From Cetorhinus maximus (lineage: Eukaryota): a stretch of 64,000 bases of DNA. Within the stretch, counting starts at the first letter, position 1. Every line of letters begins with the position of its first letter. The translations under genes and the position numbers were made by a program. Positions 49,681-61,286 of this stretch are shown piece after piece. Below the pieces are notes generated by a model, which searched no databases, was not told the DNA's origin, and saw only the letters and a list, made by a program, of their open reading frames with translations. The stretch covers positions 192,014,001-192,078,000 of the forward strand of contig NC_135879.1 of the NCBI RefSeq assembly GCF_964194155.1, given 5' to 3'.

Positions 49681-52600
49681 TTTTTTATTATTTATTCGCA
49701 GGATTTGGGCTTACTGGCTGGGCCAGCACTTATTGCCCATCCCTAATTGCCCTTGAGACGATGGTGGTGAGCTGCCTTCTTGAACCACTGCAGTCCATGT
49801 GGTGTAGGTACACTCACACTGCTGTTAGGAAGGCAGTTCCAGGATTTTGAACCAGCGACAGTGAAGGAATGGTGATATATTTCCAAGTCAGGATAGTGAG
49901 TGACTTGGAGGGGAACTTCCAGGTGGTGGTGTTCCCATCTAACTGCTGCCCTTGTCATTCTAGATGGTAGTGGTTGTGGGCTTCAAAAGTGCTGTCGAAA
50001 GAGCCTTGGTGAATTCCTGCAGTGCATCTTGTAGATGGTACACATTGCTGCTACTGTGCGTCGGTGTTGGAGTGATTGAATGTTTGTGGATGTGGTGCCA
50101 ATCAAGCAGACTGCTTTGTCCTGGATGGTGTCTAGCTTCTTCAGTGTTGTGGAAGCTCCACTCATCCAGGCAAGTGGAGAGTATTCCATCACAAGACTTG
50201 TGCCTTGTAGATAGTGGACAGCCTTTGCAGAGTCAGGAGGTGAGTTACTTGTCATATGATTCCTAGCCTCTGACCTGCTCTTGTAGCCACAGTATTTATA
50301 TGGCTAGTCCAGTTCAGTTTCTGGTCAATGATAACCCCCAGGATGTTGATAGTGGGGGATTCAGTGATGGTAATGCCATTGAACATCATGGTTGGATTCT
50401 CTCTTGTTGGAGTTGGTCATTGCCTGATACTTGTGTGGCGCAAATGTTACTTGCCACTTGTCAGCCCAAAGCCTGGATATTGTCCAGGTCTTGCTGCATT
50501 TGGACATGGGCTGCTTCAGTATGTGAGGAGTCACCAGTGGTGCTGAACATTGTGCAATCATCAGCGAACATACCCACTTTTGACCTTATGATGGAAGGAA
50601 GGTCATTAATGAAACAGCTGAAGATGGTTGAGCCTTGGAAACTACGCTGAGGAGCTCCTGCAGTGATGTCCTGGAGCTGAGATGACTGACCTCCAAAAGC
50701 CTTCCTTCGTGCTAGGTATGACTCCAACCAGCGGAGAGTTTTCCCTCTGATTCCCATTGACTCCAGTTTTGCTAGGGCTCCTTGATGCCAAACTCGGTCA
50801 AATGCTGCCTTGATGTTAAGGGCAGTCACTCACATCTCGCCCCGGGAGTTCAGCTCTTTTGTCCATGTTTGAGCCAAGGCTGTAATGAGGTCAGGAACTG
50901 AGTGGCCCTGCTGGAACCCAAACTGGGCATCAGTGAGCAGGTTATTGCTAAGCAAGTGCTGCTTGATAGCACTGTTGATGACCCCTTCCATTACTTTACT
51001 GATGATCGAGAGTAGACTGACGGGGCGGTAATTGGCCGGGTTCGATTTGTCCTGCTTTTTGTGTACAGTACATACCTGGGCAATTTTCCAGATAGCTGGG
51101 TAGATGCCAGTGTTGTAGCTGTATTGGAACAGCTTGGCTAGGGGCACGGCAAGTTCTGGAGCGCAAGTCCTCGGTACTATTGCCGGAATATTGTCAGGGC
51201 CCATAGCTTTTGTAGTATCCAGTGCCTTCAGCTGTTTCTTAATATCACATGGAGTGAATCAAATTGGCTGAAGACTGGCATCTGTGATGCTGGGAACCTC
51301 TGGAGGAGGCCAAGATGAATCATCCACTCAACACTTCTGGCTGAAGATTGTTGTGAATGCTTCAGTCTTACCTTTTGCACTGATGTGCTGGGCTCCTCCA
51401 CCATTGAGGATGGGGGTATTTGTGGAGCCTCCTCCTCTAGTGAGTTGTTTAATTGTCCACCACCATTCACAATTGGATGTGGCAGGACTGCAGAGCTTAG
51501 ATCTGATCCGTTGGCTGTGGGATCGCTTAGCTCTGTCTATCACTTGCTGCTTATGTTGTTTGGCATGCAAGTAGTCCTGTGTTATAGCTTCACCAGGTTG
51601 ACACCTCAGTTTTAGGTATGCCCGGTGCTGCTCCTGCATTCTTTATTGAACCAGGGTTGATCCCCTGGCTTGATGGTAATGGTAGTGTGGGGGATATGCC
51701 GAGCCATGAGGTTACAGATTATGTTTGAGTACAATTCTGCTGCTGATGGCCCACAGTGCCTCATGGATGCCCAGACTTGAGTTGCTAGATGTGTTCGAAT
51801 CTATCCCGTTTAGCATGGTGGTAGTGCCACACAACACGATGAAGTCTCCGCAATGACTATGCGGTGGTCACTCCTACTGATACTGTCATGGGCTGATGCA
51901 CCTGCAGCAGGCAGGTTGGTGAGTATGAGGTCAAGTATGTTTTCCCTCTTGTTGGCTCCCTCATCACCCAGCCTAACAGTTATGTCCTTTAGGACTCGGC
52001 CAGCTCGGTCCGTAGTGGTGCTACCGAGCCACTCTTGATGATAGACATTTAAATCCCCCATTCTGCATCCTTGCCACTCTCATGCTACCTCCAAGTGATG
52101 TTCAACATGGAGGAGCACTGATTCATCAGCTGAGGGAGGGTGGTATGTGGTAATCAGCAGGAGGTTTCCTTGCCCATGTTTGACCTGATGCCATGAGACT
52201 TCATGGGGTCTGAAATCGATGTTGAGTACTCCCAGGGCAATTCCCAACTGTATACCACAGTGCCACCACTTCTGCTGGGTCTGTCCTGCTGGTGAGACAG
52301 GATATACCCAGGGATGATGATGGTAGAGTCTGGGACATTATCTGTAAAGTTTGATTCCATGAGGATGGCTGTGTCAGGCTGTTGCTTGACTATTATGTGA
52401 AAAAGCTCTCCCAATTTTGACACTAGCCCCCAGATGTTAGTAAGGAGGACTTTGCAGGGTCGACAGGGCTGCAATTGCTGTTGTCGTTTCTGGTGCCTAG
52501 GTCGATGCCCGGTCATCATCCAGTGTCATTCCTTTTTTGTGATTTGTAGCCGTTTGTTTCAACTGAGTGGCTTGCTAGGCAACCACTCAGCTGTAACAAT

Positions 52601-52867
52601 CTACATTGCTGTGGTCTGGAGTCACATGTAGGCAAGACCAGCTAAGAACGACAGATTTCCTTCCCTAAAGGACATTATTGAACCAGATGGGTTTTTGCAA
52701 TAATTGACAATGATTTCACTGTCATCATTAGTCTTTTAATTCCAGATTTTTATTGAATTCAAATCCACTATCTGCTGTGGTGGGTTTCAAACCCATGTCC
52801 CCAGAGCATTACCCTTGGTCTCTGGGATTACTAGTCCAGCAACAATACCACTATGCCATCAGCTCCC
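49681..52867 (-). mobile_element. Apparently full-length CR1-group LINE with tRNA-derived 5' head, single APE-RT frame (broken), no ORF1
   Basis: EN: KVLLTNIWGL..KQQPD..LMES, GDLNVYH, NILDLILT, SRSDH. RT: GPDNIP, NYRPVSLLSIISKVME, QFGFQQGHS, ALNIKAAFDRVWH, MFADD. Ends HRLKGN* at 49743, then 3' UTR and A-rich tail. Head at 52561-52867 with A box TGGCATAGTGG. Confidence 0.9.
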
Positions 52868-52948
52868 AAGTACAGGGTTTGGAGTTCAGCCAAGCATTTT
52901 AATGGGATTCTATTGCACAGCTGAATAAAGAAAGCCTGCAGAGCTGAA

Positions 52949-53111
52949 TACATTAAAGCCCTTTAATGTAGTGGAACAGATGGCCATCTGTTGTACTGCT
53001 TCAAAGGCTGAACAGATGGCTTGGCTGGCTACATTAAAGGCTTTTGAAGTAGCCTGAACAGATGGCCATCTGTTGAACTGCTTAAACGACTAAGCAGATG
53101 GCTTGACTGCC
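52949..53111. repeat. Two ~82-bp tandem units with perfect palindromes
   Basis: AACAGATGGCCATCTGTT at 52975-52992 and 53057-53074; hairpin TACATTAAAG-cc-CTTTAATGTA at 52949-52970. Confidence 0.9.
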
Positions 53112-54034
53112 AATCAAAGAAAAGATTAAATCACAGGGAATAATGACACATTAAAATCTGAATCTCAGAACTGTTAAATGCAAAAGAGCACTTTATCCCT
53201 GGATAAAGCATTCCTAATTCTTCTGAACACTTTTACAATGCTAGTCAATTTAATGGTCACTTACATTTTCCAAGCAAAGTTCTATAATTAATTCATGTAC
53301 TTAAAACATGTAACTTATCATGCACCATTACTTTATGATGTGTGAAATTATCAACACCTTTTGAACTTACCTGTCAAAAGGCTTCTCACTCCAGACTAGG
53401 CTTACCCCATGGTTTAAAACTCCTCTGATGTGCCGTGAACCATGGTTTCTACAAAAATGGGCCTGACTCCTATGAAATGCCCAGCCCCAATATGGAAAGG
53501 CAAGGCCAGGATTGCTACATGCAGGCTTGCTATTTGCACTCTTACCCTGGGGCCATAAAATTCCCACACAACGGAAATAGGGTTGGGCATCTCAGAATTG
53601 GGTCCTACTGGTCATTTTTAAATGCCCCCCATCCACTTCTGTTCCAGCACGGACAGAAGTTTTAAAAGTCAGCCCATTCTCAGCAAATAGGTAAAAAGTA
53701 ATCAGTAGAGACATCGAAAAGTCATATTGGTGACATGATATCAGGTGGCCAAGGGACAGTGAATGCATTAAATTAATTCTTCTTCACTGTGTGCATGGAA
53801 ACGGCCATGAGCAGAGGCTCAGCATGGATGATAGATTTCCAGGAAACAAAAGACAAAAGGCATTTATTTTCAAGGCTTCTGACCTTCATTCTTGACGCCC
53901 ACACAAAGGCATGTCCCAGAAATGGAGCAAGGTGAGTTGATGTACAGATGTGATAAAATAGAATGGAAGAACAGGTTTGAGGGCAGAATAGTCTATTGTT
54001 ATAATCTCAACAGAGACCAATAATGGTTTTTTAA

Positions 54035-54613
54035 GTTAAAAAAATTGATCTCACCTCCAAGAGCTGTCAGCCAATCAGGGGACTGGTAGCTTTTTAGTCA
54101 CAGTGGCATCACTAGGGAGCAATGGTCACTGCTGGGGCTGTAGTGGTGGTCACTGCTGGGGCTCATTGATGGACGCTGACCTCAGAAGAAGGTAAGTGGA
54201 GTTGGGGTTGATGGGGCTAGACAGGCAGGCCCTGGTGGAGTTGGTGAGGGCAGGGAGGGGTGTTGCCATGGAGGTAGCCATTGCCGCCTTGGGGCCTTAC
54301 CCCAGCCCATAGAGCTCGTGATTAGGAGGCCCAAGGCCACAGGCAGGCCATCTGGCAGTTTCCCCATGCAGCAGAGGGCCTACCTGCTGCTGATAAAATA
54401 CCAGTGTTAGCAAGAAGAGGACCTTAATTGGCTTTTTAAGTGGCAAAACTAGCTTAGCAGGAGGCCCATCCTTCACATTCCTCAGTGTTCGCAGAATGCC
54501 ATGGCAGCAGCAAAGTGATGAGCTCTCCACCCCTGTGCGCTCCCCGTCCCCCAACTTTTTGGCCCTCATCACCACCCCGCCAACTTCCAAACCTGCCCCA
54601 AAAAATTCAGCCC
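54035..54613. mobile_element. Partial Harbinger-like element
   Basis: Right terminus aaaaattcagccc; interior similar to the reverse of 13056-13785 and to 56980-57435. Confidence 0.6.
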
Positions 54614-54689
54614 ATGTATTCTGAAACAAATGTAATGGCTGTTGTGTTATTTGCTAATGATGGGCAAATCATGAAGAAAATAAGGCTTT

Positions 54690-54970
54690 GGGTTTAGTGG
54701 ATGAAGTCACTCAGACCAAGGGAGGTCCCAGGTTAAATTCTCACTCTTGGTAAGGTAGGTGATCTCAGGTGGGACAGCAACTTTGGTGTTATAATTGGTG
54801 TCAGTGCTCCAGGTCCCAGGAGGAAAAAGTTCAGCTAGCATTCACATATATATATACCCATCCAGTGATCCTCTGCTGCCAATTGAACAGTTGGACATTT
54901 TGGGCAAGATTAGGATTGGACTTTGCTGCGATGCAGTCCACAGTCAGAACACTCATTGATGTAGATTTTA
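54690..54970 (+). mobile_element. Old SINE-like repeat family A
   Basis: cagaccaagggaggtcccaggtt...gatctcag...ataattgg...atccagtga...ggattggac..tgctgcgatgc. Confidence 0.55.
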
Positions 54971-55304
54971 ACTTTGTGCAATAGTGTAAACCTGTGATAG
55001 CAAGTCAGCAGCTTGTTTTGCATCTCTTCTGGCTTTTATTTCCATTAATCTATTCCACTGTGCGGGCGGACATGACATGTGGACACTTGCATAGCTACAT
55101 AGTGCCTGTGACTATATCCGAGCATGAGTTCATGACTTCAAGGAAAAAGGGAGGGAAACTGAAAAAGACAAATAAGGTTCTGCTGTTTTCTTCCCTGAAT
55201 AAGAGGTGGTATTCATTCTGCTCTTAATTACGTAGTTATCAAGGGATTTAATTTCCTCTGTGTGTTATTTATTTTTGGTTATTTACCTCAATGCCATTTT
55301 TATG

Positions 55305-55445
55305 GTTGTTGCTGGTGCAGAATGGCTGCCACATTTGACCACATATCAATGGTCGCTGCACTTCAAAGATAATTCATGGTGCAAGATGCTTTGCAATTTT
55401 TGATGATCTCGCATAAAGCACTGCATAAATGCAAGTTTTTCTTCT
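55305..55445 (+). mobile_element. DeuSINE-like 3' part
   Basis: gtgcagaatggctgccacattt (Deu-domain end as recalled) followed by cacttcaaag...gcataaatgcaag tail. Confidence 0.55.
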
Positions 55446-55784
55446 TCAATTCTTGCATTGTCTGCAGGATTTTAATCCTGTCATTAAGCTGTTTAAAATA
55501 AACGGGCTAATGACCACATTAAAATAATGCAGACAGGAATTTAATGCAAACACATTCTTACAAATAGTGCTGAGGAAATTAAACCCTTAAAAGTGGATTT
55601 ATTCCTTCATCTAGTAGAAACTACACAACAGTGTTTATAGCTGAAGAAAAGCTAATAAAATTATAACACTAGATACTTTTTGCTTGTAAAAACTTGGGTT
55701 TTTTTAATGCTCCCTGTAAAAAGTCACGCTAAGACATTTTGTAAGCAGTGACTGATGGCCCAACTTTACACTGGAAACATGTGA

Positions 55785-55845
55785 TATATACAACATACAT
55801 AGATACACACACACACAAATATACATAAACACAATCACACACACG
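55785..55845 (+). repeat. CA-rich microsatellite
   Basis: tacacaacatacatagatacacacacacacaaatatacataaacacaatcacacacac. Confidence 0.8.
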
Positions 55846-56029
55846 ATAATTCTTAATCTTACTCCTTATGAAGAATAGACATTGTGTTAAGTTACACCTA
55901 ATACTGTGGATATTGTTTCCTTTATCACCCTTTAGATCCCCTTGTGCCTTGGGGCACTACCTGGGCTTACAGCCTAGTATGTTATTTAGGATATAACCAC
56001 TGAGTGATAGCCCAGGTTAACTCTGATAT

Positions 56030-56170
56030 TAAAAACAAAAAGCTAAAAGCTACTGCGGATGCTGGAAATCCAAAACAAGAACAGAATTACCTGGAAAATC
56101 TCAGCAGGTCTGGCAGCATCGGTGGAGAAGAAATCATTTAACGTTTCGAGTCCTCATGACCCTTCGGCAG
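56030..56170 (-). mobile_element. Penelope-like terminal fragment with hammerhead-like core
   Basis: tactgcggatgctggaaatccaaaac...ctcagcaggtctggcagcatc; the minus strand reads CTGCCGA-A-GGGTC-ATGAG-GACTC-GAAAC. Confidence 0.65.
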
Positions 56171-56204
56171 CCTCCATTCCATTTGCCCCACCATTGGCGG
56201 CAGG

Positions 56205-56410
56205 GCCTACACAGCTGAAGGCACAAAGTTCTGAAATTATCTCCCTCAACAAGTCTGCCTTTCAACCTCCCGCCCCTCCTTTAAGACTGTTCCCTTAAAA
56301 CCTACCTCTTTGGCCAAACTTTTAGTCACTCCTCCTAATATATCCTTCTTTGACTGAGTGTCAAATGTTTTGCTTGGTTATGCTTCTATGATGCTCCTCG
56401 GGAAATCATT
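56205..56410 (+). mobile_element. L2-like 3' fragment
   Basis: cctcctttaagactgttcccttaaaacctacctctttggccaaacttttagtcac is the reverse complement of the 47600-47660 type sequence. Confidence 0.65.
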
Positions 56411-56479
56411 TAGAAACATTTTTTTAAGTAACAGTGTTTTCAGTGTAGTTACACTCAGGCTTCAAGCTGTGATACAAAA

Positions 56480-56625
56480 TAAACTTGAGAGCGCAGTTGG
56501 AAAGGGAAACATTAGCATGGCTGTGGGGAAAGAGCAGAGGAGTGGGACTAATTGGATAGCTCTTTCAAAGAGCTGGTAGAAATGTGATGGGCCAAATGGC
56601 CTTCTTCTTTGCTGTATGATTCTAA
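56480..56625 (+). mobile_element. CR1 3' UTR end (a second such tail at ~57455-57620)
   Basis: ggggaaagagcagaggagtgggactaattggatagctctttcaaagagc...gatgggccaaatggccttcttc. Confidence 0.75.
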
Positions 56626-56979
56626 GTCACCTCAGGAGCATAGGAATGTAAAGTATCAAAAGAAAACGTCTATCTGACTGAGTTTTTCCTTGAAACACTC
56701 TCTTTGTTAAGAGCACTATACAGTAAAGGAAACAGCACAACATATGAGACATATCATGGTTTTATTTTTCAGTGACTCTTGTGCTCATTCATCAATGAGA
56801 AATTTTAATGCTGGAGAATGGAACACTTTCCATTTCAGGAAACCATCATCAGTGTCAAGCATTCCCAGCAAAATTCCCTTCAATCTGCCACAGCCCCGCA
56901 AAAGACCCTGCCTCAGAGAAGCACCCCTATTATGTCGGTATGATATTTTCCTACAGCAGCCAAGCTGCAGTCTCTTGAA

Positions 56980-57435
56980 TTAAGACTGGCAACTTGTTGT
57001 TAGCCAGGCAGGCCCCAGTGAGGGGCAGGGGGGAATGGAGGTTGATATGGAGGGAAGAAAGGACTCTTTTAGCAGGGTAGTCCTTGATGCTGACAGGGCC
57101 CTCCATGGTCATAGGCTGCATGATCAGGAGGGCTCCTTCAAAATTGTAGGCAGGCCACCAGGGCATACCTGGTGGCTTCCCTATGTGGCATGGAACCCCT
57201 CCGCCTCTTGTAGAATACAGTGGCAGTGGGATAAGGCCCTTAGTGGCCCTTAATTGGCCACTTAAGGACCTCAATTGGCCTCTGGGCAGGAAGGCTGTCC
57301 TCAGCCTTGCCCACCCCAGACTTTTTTAGGGGGGAGGTGGGAAGGCAACAGGCTCTCCACCCCATGCCTTCTCACCCAATTAGATGCCCGCCCCCATCCC
57401 AACTTCCCAGCCATGGGGGGAATTAAATTCCACCC
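56980..57435. mobile_element. Partial Harbinger-like element
   Basis: Right terminus taaattccaccc; gcccttaattggccacttaaggacctcaattgg is shared with 13215-13260 (reverse). Confidence 0.6.
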
Positions 57436-58139
57436 ATACAGTGAGCTGTTATTATCTGGAATACATTGCCTGAAAGAGAAACAGATTCAAGAATAGCATT
57501 CAAAAGGAAATTGAATATATGCTTGAAAAGGAAATATTTGCTTCGGGGAAAGTGCAGGGGAGGTGGGATTTTAAAGAACCAGCACAGGCACACTGGCTTG
57601 AATGTGTTATATGATTCTATGATCTGTTTTGTTATTTAAAGCAGATTATCAAGGAGCATATGGTTAATGTCATGTTGTTTTCAGGGAAAGTAATAAAGGC
57701 GAGGAGATTTTAGTGAATTCAACAGTAAAGTCGTACTAAGCCATTTTTATGTTACAGCCCCCGTGGAGATGCCATTCTCTTGAAACAGATTGATTGTAAT
57801 CTGCCAGTGCTTTCACCTATGGTGGTCCAGATTCTGTTTGGGGTCAGGAAAGGAAGGTAATTTCCACCTTACACCATTTTCTAATGTTCTGGTTTCTGCA
57901 AAATAAGTCACAGAGGCTTCCATTAGCAGTCTTATGATCTTTAATGATGAACCAATGAGCAACATCCATTTCGCAGCCTAGATGAGCTCTTAAGATGAAG
58001 AGATGCAAGTTTTTTTTTATTCCTTCAATTTATCAATCCACCCAATTAGGAACAGATCCATAATGAACTTCAGAAATTGTCCAACATCTTAGCCAATGTA
58101 TCAACCCTTAATTTGATGAACTTTCACAGTGAATATCAA

Positions 58140-58330
58140 CAGACTGTTTGTCCATGGAAACACCTCAGCCCAGCCAGGTACTGGTGGCTATGTCAACACG
58201 TTCATTTTCCAACAGTAGCCACTGGGAAATGATTATGAGAGGGAATCTAGGCTGAGTTATCCCTTCTCCAGTTTAGGGATATTTTGGTCAATTTCAGAAG
58301 ATGCTGCCTTGTTTGAGACTAGTGATCACA
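58140..58330 (-). mobile_element. Old SINE-like repeat family A, reverse copy
   Basis: Reverse complement similar to 1020-1200 and 54760-54950. Confidence 0.4.
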
Positions 58331-59461
58331 ATAAATAATACAGCGCTGTTTCCCAAGAGTAACTGGTGCTATGCCTAATCTAGGAGTGATTGCTGCTGAT
58401 ATTAAGTATTGCACTAAAACAGTTAAAACAACTTCACAACAATGGATCCCTCACTTTAATGAGCATTAAATTCATCTGTTCCCCTTCCCTTCCTAAAATA
58501 AAATCAAAATTAGAATGAATAATAAATTATCCATTTAAAATTGTAGAAAAAAGATACTTCCATTTTCTACATAGTTCATTAATTCTAGCAAGGCAACTTC
58601 ATCTTACAATCCAAGAGCTTAGCTGGAACTGTCTCTCAGTTGCTAACACTCCCTGGTACAACATTTCCCCTTCATGCTTCACTTAAACTAACAGTGACAT
58701 GTGCTAATTTGTTAAGGCAAAAGAAAGGATCAGTTATAGAACTCCAAGTCTTATTAATCAGCTGGCAAATGCTGCTATAGTATGCTTCTTTCATCATCCG
58801 ATGACTCAAGCGACCTTTCACCTCAGAAATCACTCATTGGCCCAGCAAAAAAAGAAATTGTCTACTACTGGCAGCTCATTCCTCTTGTTGTCTTCATCCA
58901 TATTCAAAGACGTGTCACAGCTACCTAGCTAGAAGAAGCTAATCAAAAGGAATTTTCTCTGCCCGTCCCACAGAGGTACTACGACTACTGCACTGCAATC
59001 AAACTCTTTTCAAAATGCAATCAGGGTCAAAGAAACCTAGCTCAATCAGCACTTGAAGCAGCTGAGGGTTTTACAATTTACTTTTATCTTTGCAAATGAA
59101 ATTTTCACTTCTGGCCTTTCTTCAATTTCTTTGGTTTAACCAATGAACCAATAAAGTCCCAAGCTGCCAACTTTTACTTTGGTGATTGCGGAGCTGGGGT
59201 GGGGAGGGATGGGGGTGGTGCTGACAAAATGTGGAGGAAGACAAAAAAGATGAAAAGAAAAGTGATGAAGGCTGGAAATCTGAAATATTCATGTCTATCA
59301 GCACCTGAAAGAGCAATGGCTGGTTAATACATTAATTGCAGATCCTCCATCAGAATATTATCTGGGGTTCTACTGAAGGGCTGATATGCTGACCTGTCTT
59401 CCCCTTCAGATAAGACCTGTGTTCTTAGAACCTTAGAAACATAGGTGACTTACAGCTACCT

Positions 59462-60040
59462 GGAAAAGCAGTTCAATAATTTCCATCTTCACTGTCTGCA
59501 GTGCATTATGGGTATATCCTGGCAGGACACAATCATGAATGTGGCAGTCCCCTCAAAGGCAGAGCTCCAAGGTTTGTTAGCACTCATCGAACAGAGGCGG
59601 CTTTGATGGCTTGGGCATGTCCATAGAATGGAAGGCAATCGCATACTCAATAACTTTCTGTATGGTGAGGTAGGCAAAGCTAAACAATCAGTAGGATGCC
59701 AACAGCTCCTTTTCAAGGATGCGTGCAAGCGTGACATGAAGGTCTTAATCATCAATTATTGTGCTGGGAGTCACTGGCTGACGACAGAGGGAAATGGCAA
59801 TACTTCCTGTGGGCTGGCGTGCACCACCGCAATGGCCAGCAACAACAGCGGCTTGGCAACAGGCGCCAATGTCGAAAACAACAACCCACATAGCTTCATG
59901 TGCAACACTTGTGATAGAACTTGCTTCTCAAGGATTGGCCTCTTCAGCCATCAGCAAAGATGCGCCATATGAAGATACCCCATCTGAAATGGATTTGTTT
60001 ACCACGTGTCCATCATCTTTTGTAGATGGAAGGATGCCCA
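59462..60040 (+). mobile_element. RTE-clade (BovB/RTE-like) LINE 3' fragment
   Basis: FHLHCLQCIMGISWQD...RRL*WLGHVHRMEGNRILNNFLYGEV...FKDACKRDMK, and a C-terminal zinc finger CNTCDRTCFSRIGLFSHQQRC. Confidence 0.85.
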
Positions 60041-60139
60041 AACCAAACCGATTTCCTTTTCAGATACAGATGGGCTTGCAGTATATGTCCAGCATTTGAA
60101 ATTGCTTTTTGGAAAGGTGTTACTGGACAAGACTAAACT

Positions 60140-60272
60140 GGGAGAAAGAGAGTGGGAAAGAGAGACAGGTACAGAAAGAGAGAGGAATATGCAGAGTGAG
60201 AAAAAGTCAGACAGTGAGACAGACAGAGACTGAGAGAGTCAGAGAAAGAGACAGAGAGAGCAAGAAAGGGAG
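60140..60272 (+). repeat. GA-rich low-complexity tract
   Basis: Repeated gagaga / gacaga units. Confidence 0.85.
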
Positions 60273-61286
60273 AAATCGAGCCTACTGTACCATTACTAAG
60301 TCAATGTTACCAGGCTGGAAAATTAAAAAGGCTTAGACTTAGGGATTTTTCAATCATTTTTGCATTGTGTTTCCAAGATTCAGTTACAGTGATGAAATAT
60401 AACGATCTGCAGTGAGCCTATGTATGAGCAGCCAGCTGCAAAAAGAAAGAAACAGGGCTATTTGGATATGAGTGCCCAGATCCCATCAGATTTGACAGGC
60501 TTACCCAACCTTGAATTATTTGAACAGAGTTTCAGAAATAGTTTAAAGCCTGAATGTCAGGAGAATGTTCATGGCTGACATCATCTGTACACAGTTATAT
60601 GACATTCTTTGTTGGCAGTCTGTTCATGTTTAAAGAATGACTGTAATTGGAATATAATCACAAGAGTAAAGCTGCTACTAAAAGAAAACATTTAACTTGT
60701 CACAAAAAACAACCAATAAAATAAAACAAAGTCTTGTTTTAGATTTTGCCACTTTCTTCATTAAAATATTTGCTGCTTTTTAGCTTAAGAGTAGAAAAAA
60801 TATTAAACTCAAGAGCAACAATAAAATCTTTCCAAGTTGCAAGGAGCATTAGAAATGGAATATTAAAGGAGCTACGCTATTGGGAGTTCTCATCTGCAAA
60901 TCACAAATTCCTGACAACAAAATTCACTTAATTCTTTGAGTTTTTCTTTTTCAGATTTATACCTTTTTAAATAATATGCTATTTCCCAATTATCAACTGT
61001 TGATTATCACTTGGCAAAAACAGTAATATCACGATCATTACATATTCAGTATGAAGGTGAACATCTGTTAACAGCTGTAGTGGTCACAAACATTCATCAT
61101 TTTTGGACTATAGAAAGACCCAGCTCTACTCTGCGTATATAAACATATTAATTCCATGGAAATGGTTGAAGACTATTGCACCATCTTAGGCTTCAGATAG
61201 GTATTAACCATCAATTCCCTCTCATTCCCAGGTATCTACAGTTCTCCATATTATGGAAATCTATTCAGATAATGTTTGCAATTGGA

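Larger units (their letters stand above)
49140..53675. mobile_element. Harbinger-like non-autonomous element, TSD ATT, hosting the 3.2-kb LINE
   Basis: ATT|ggttcgaatttt ... aaaagtcagccc|ATT (TSD 49137-49139 and 53676-53678). Confidence 0.7.
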
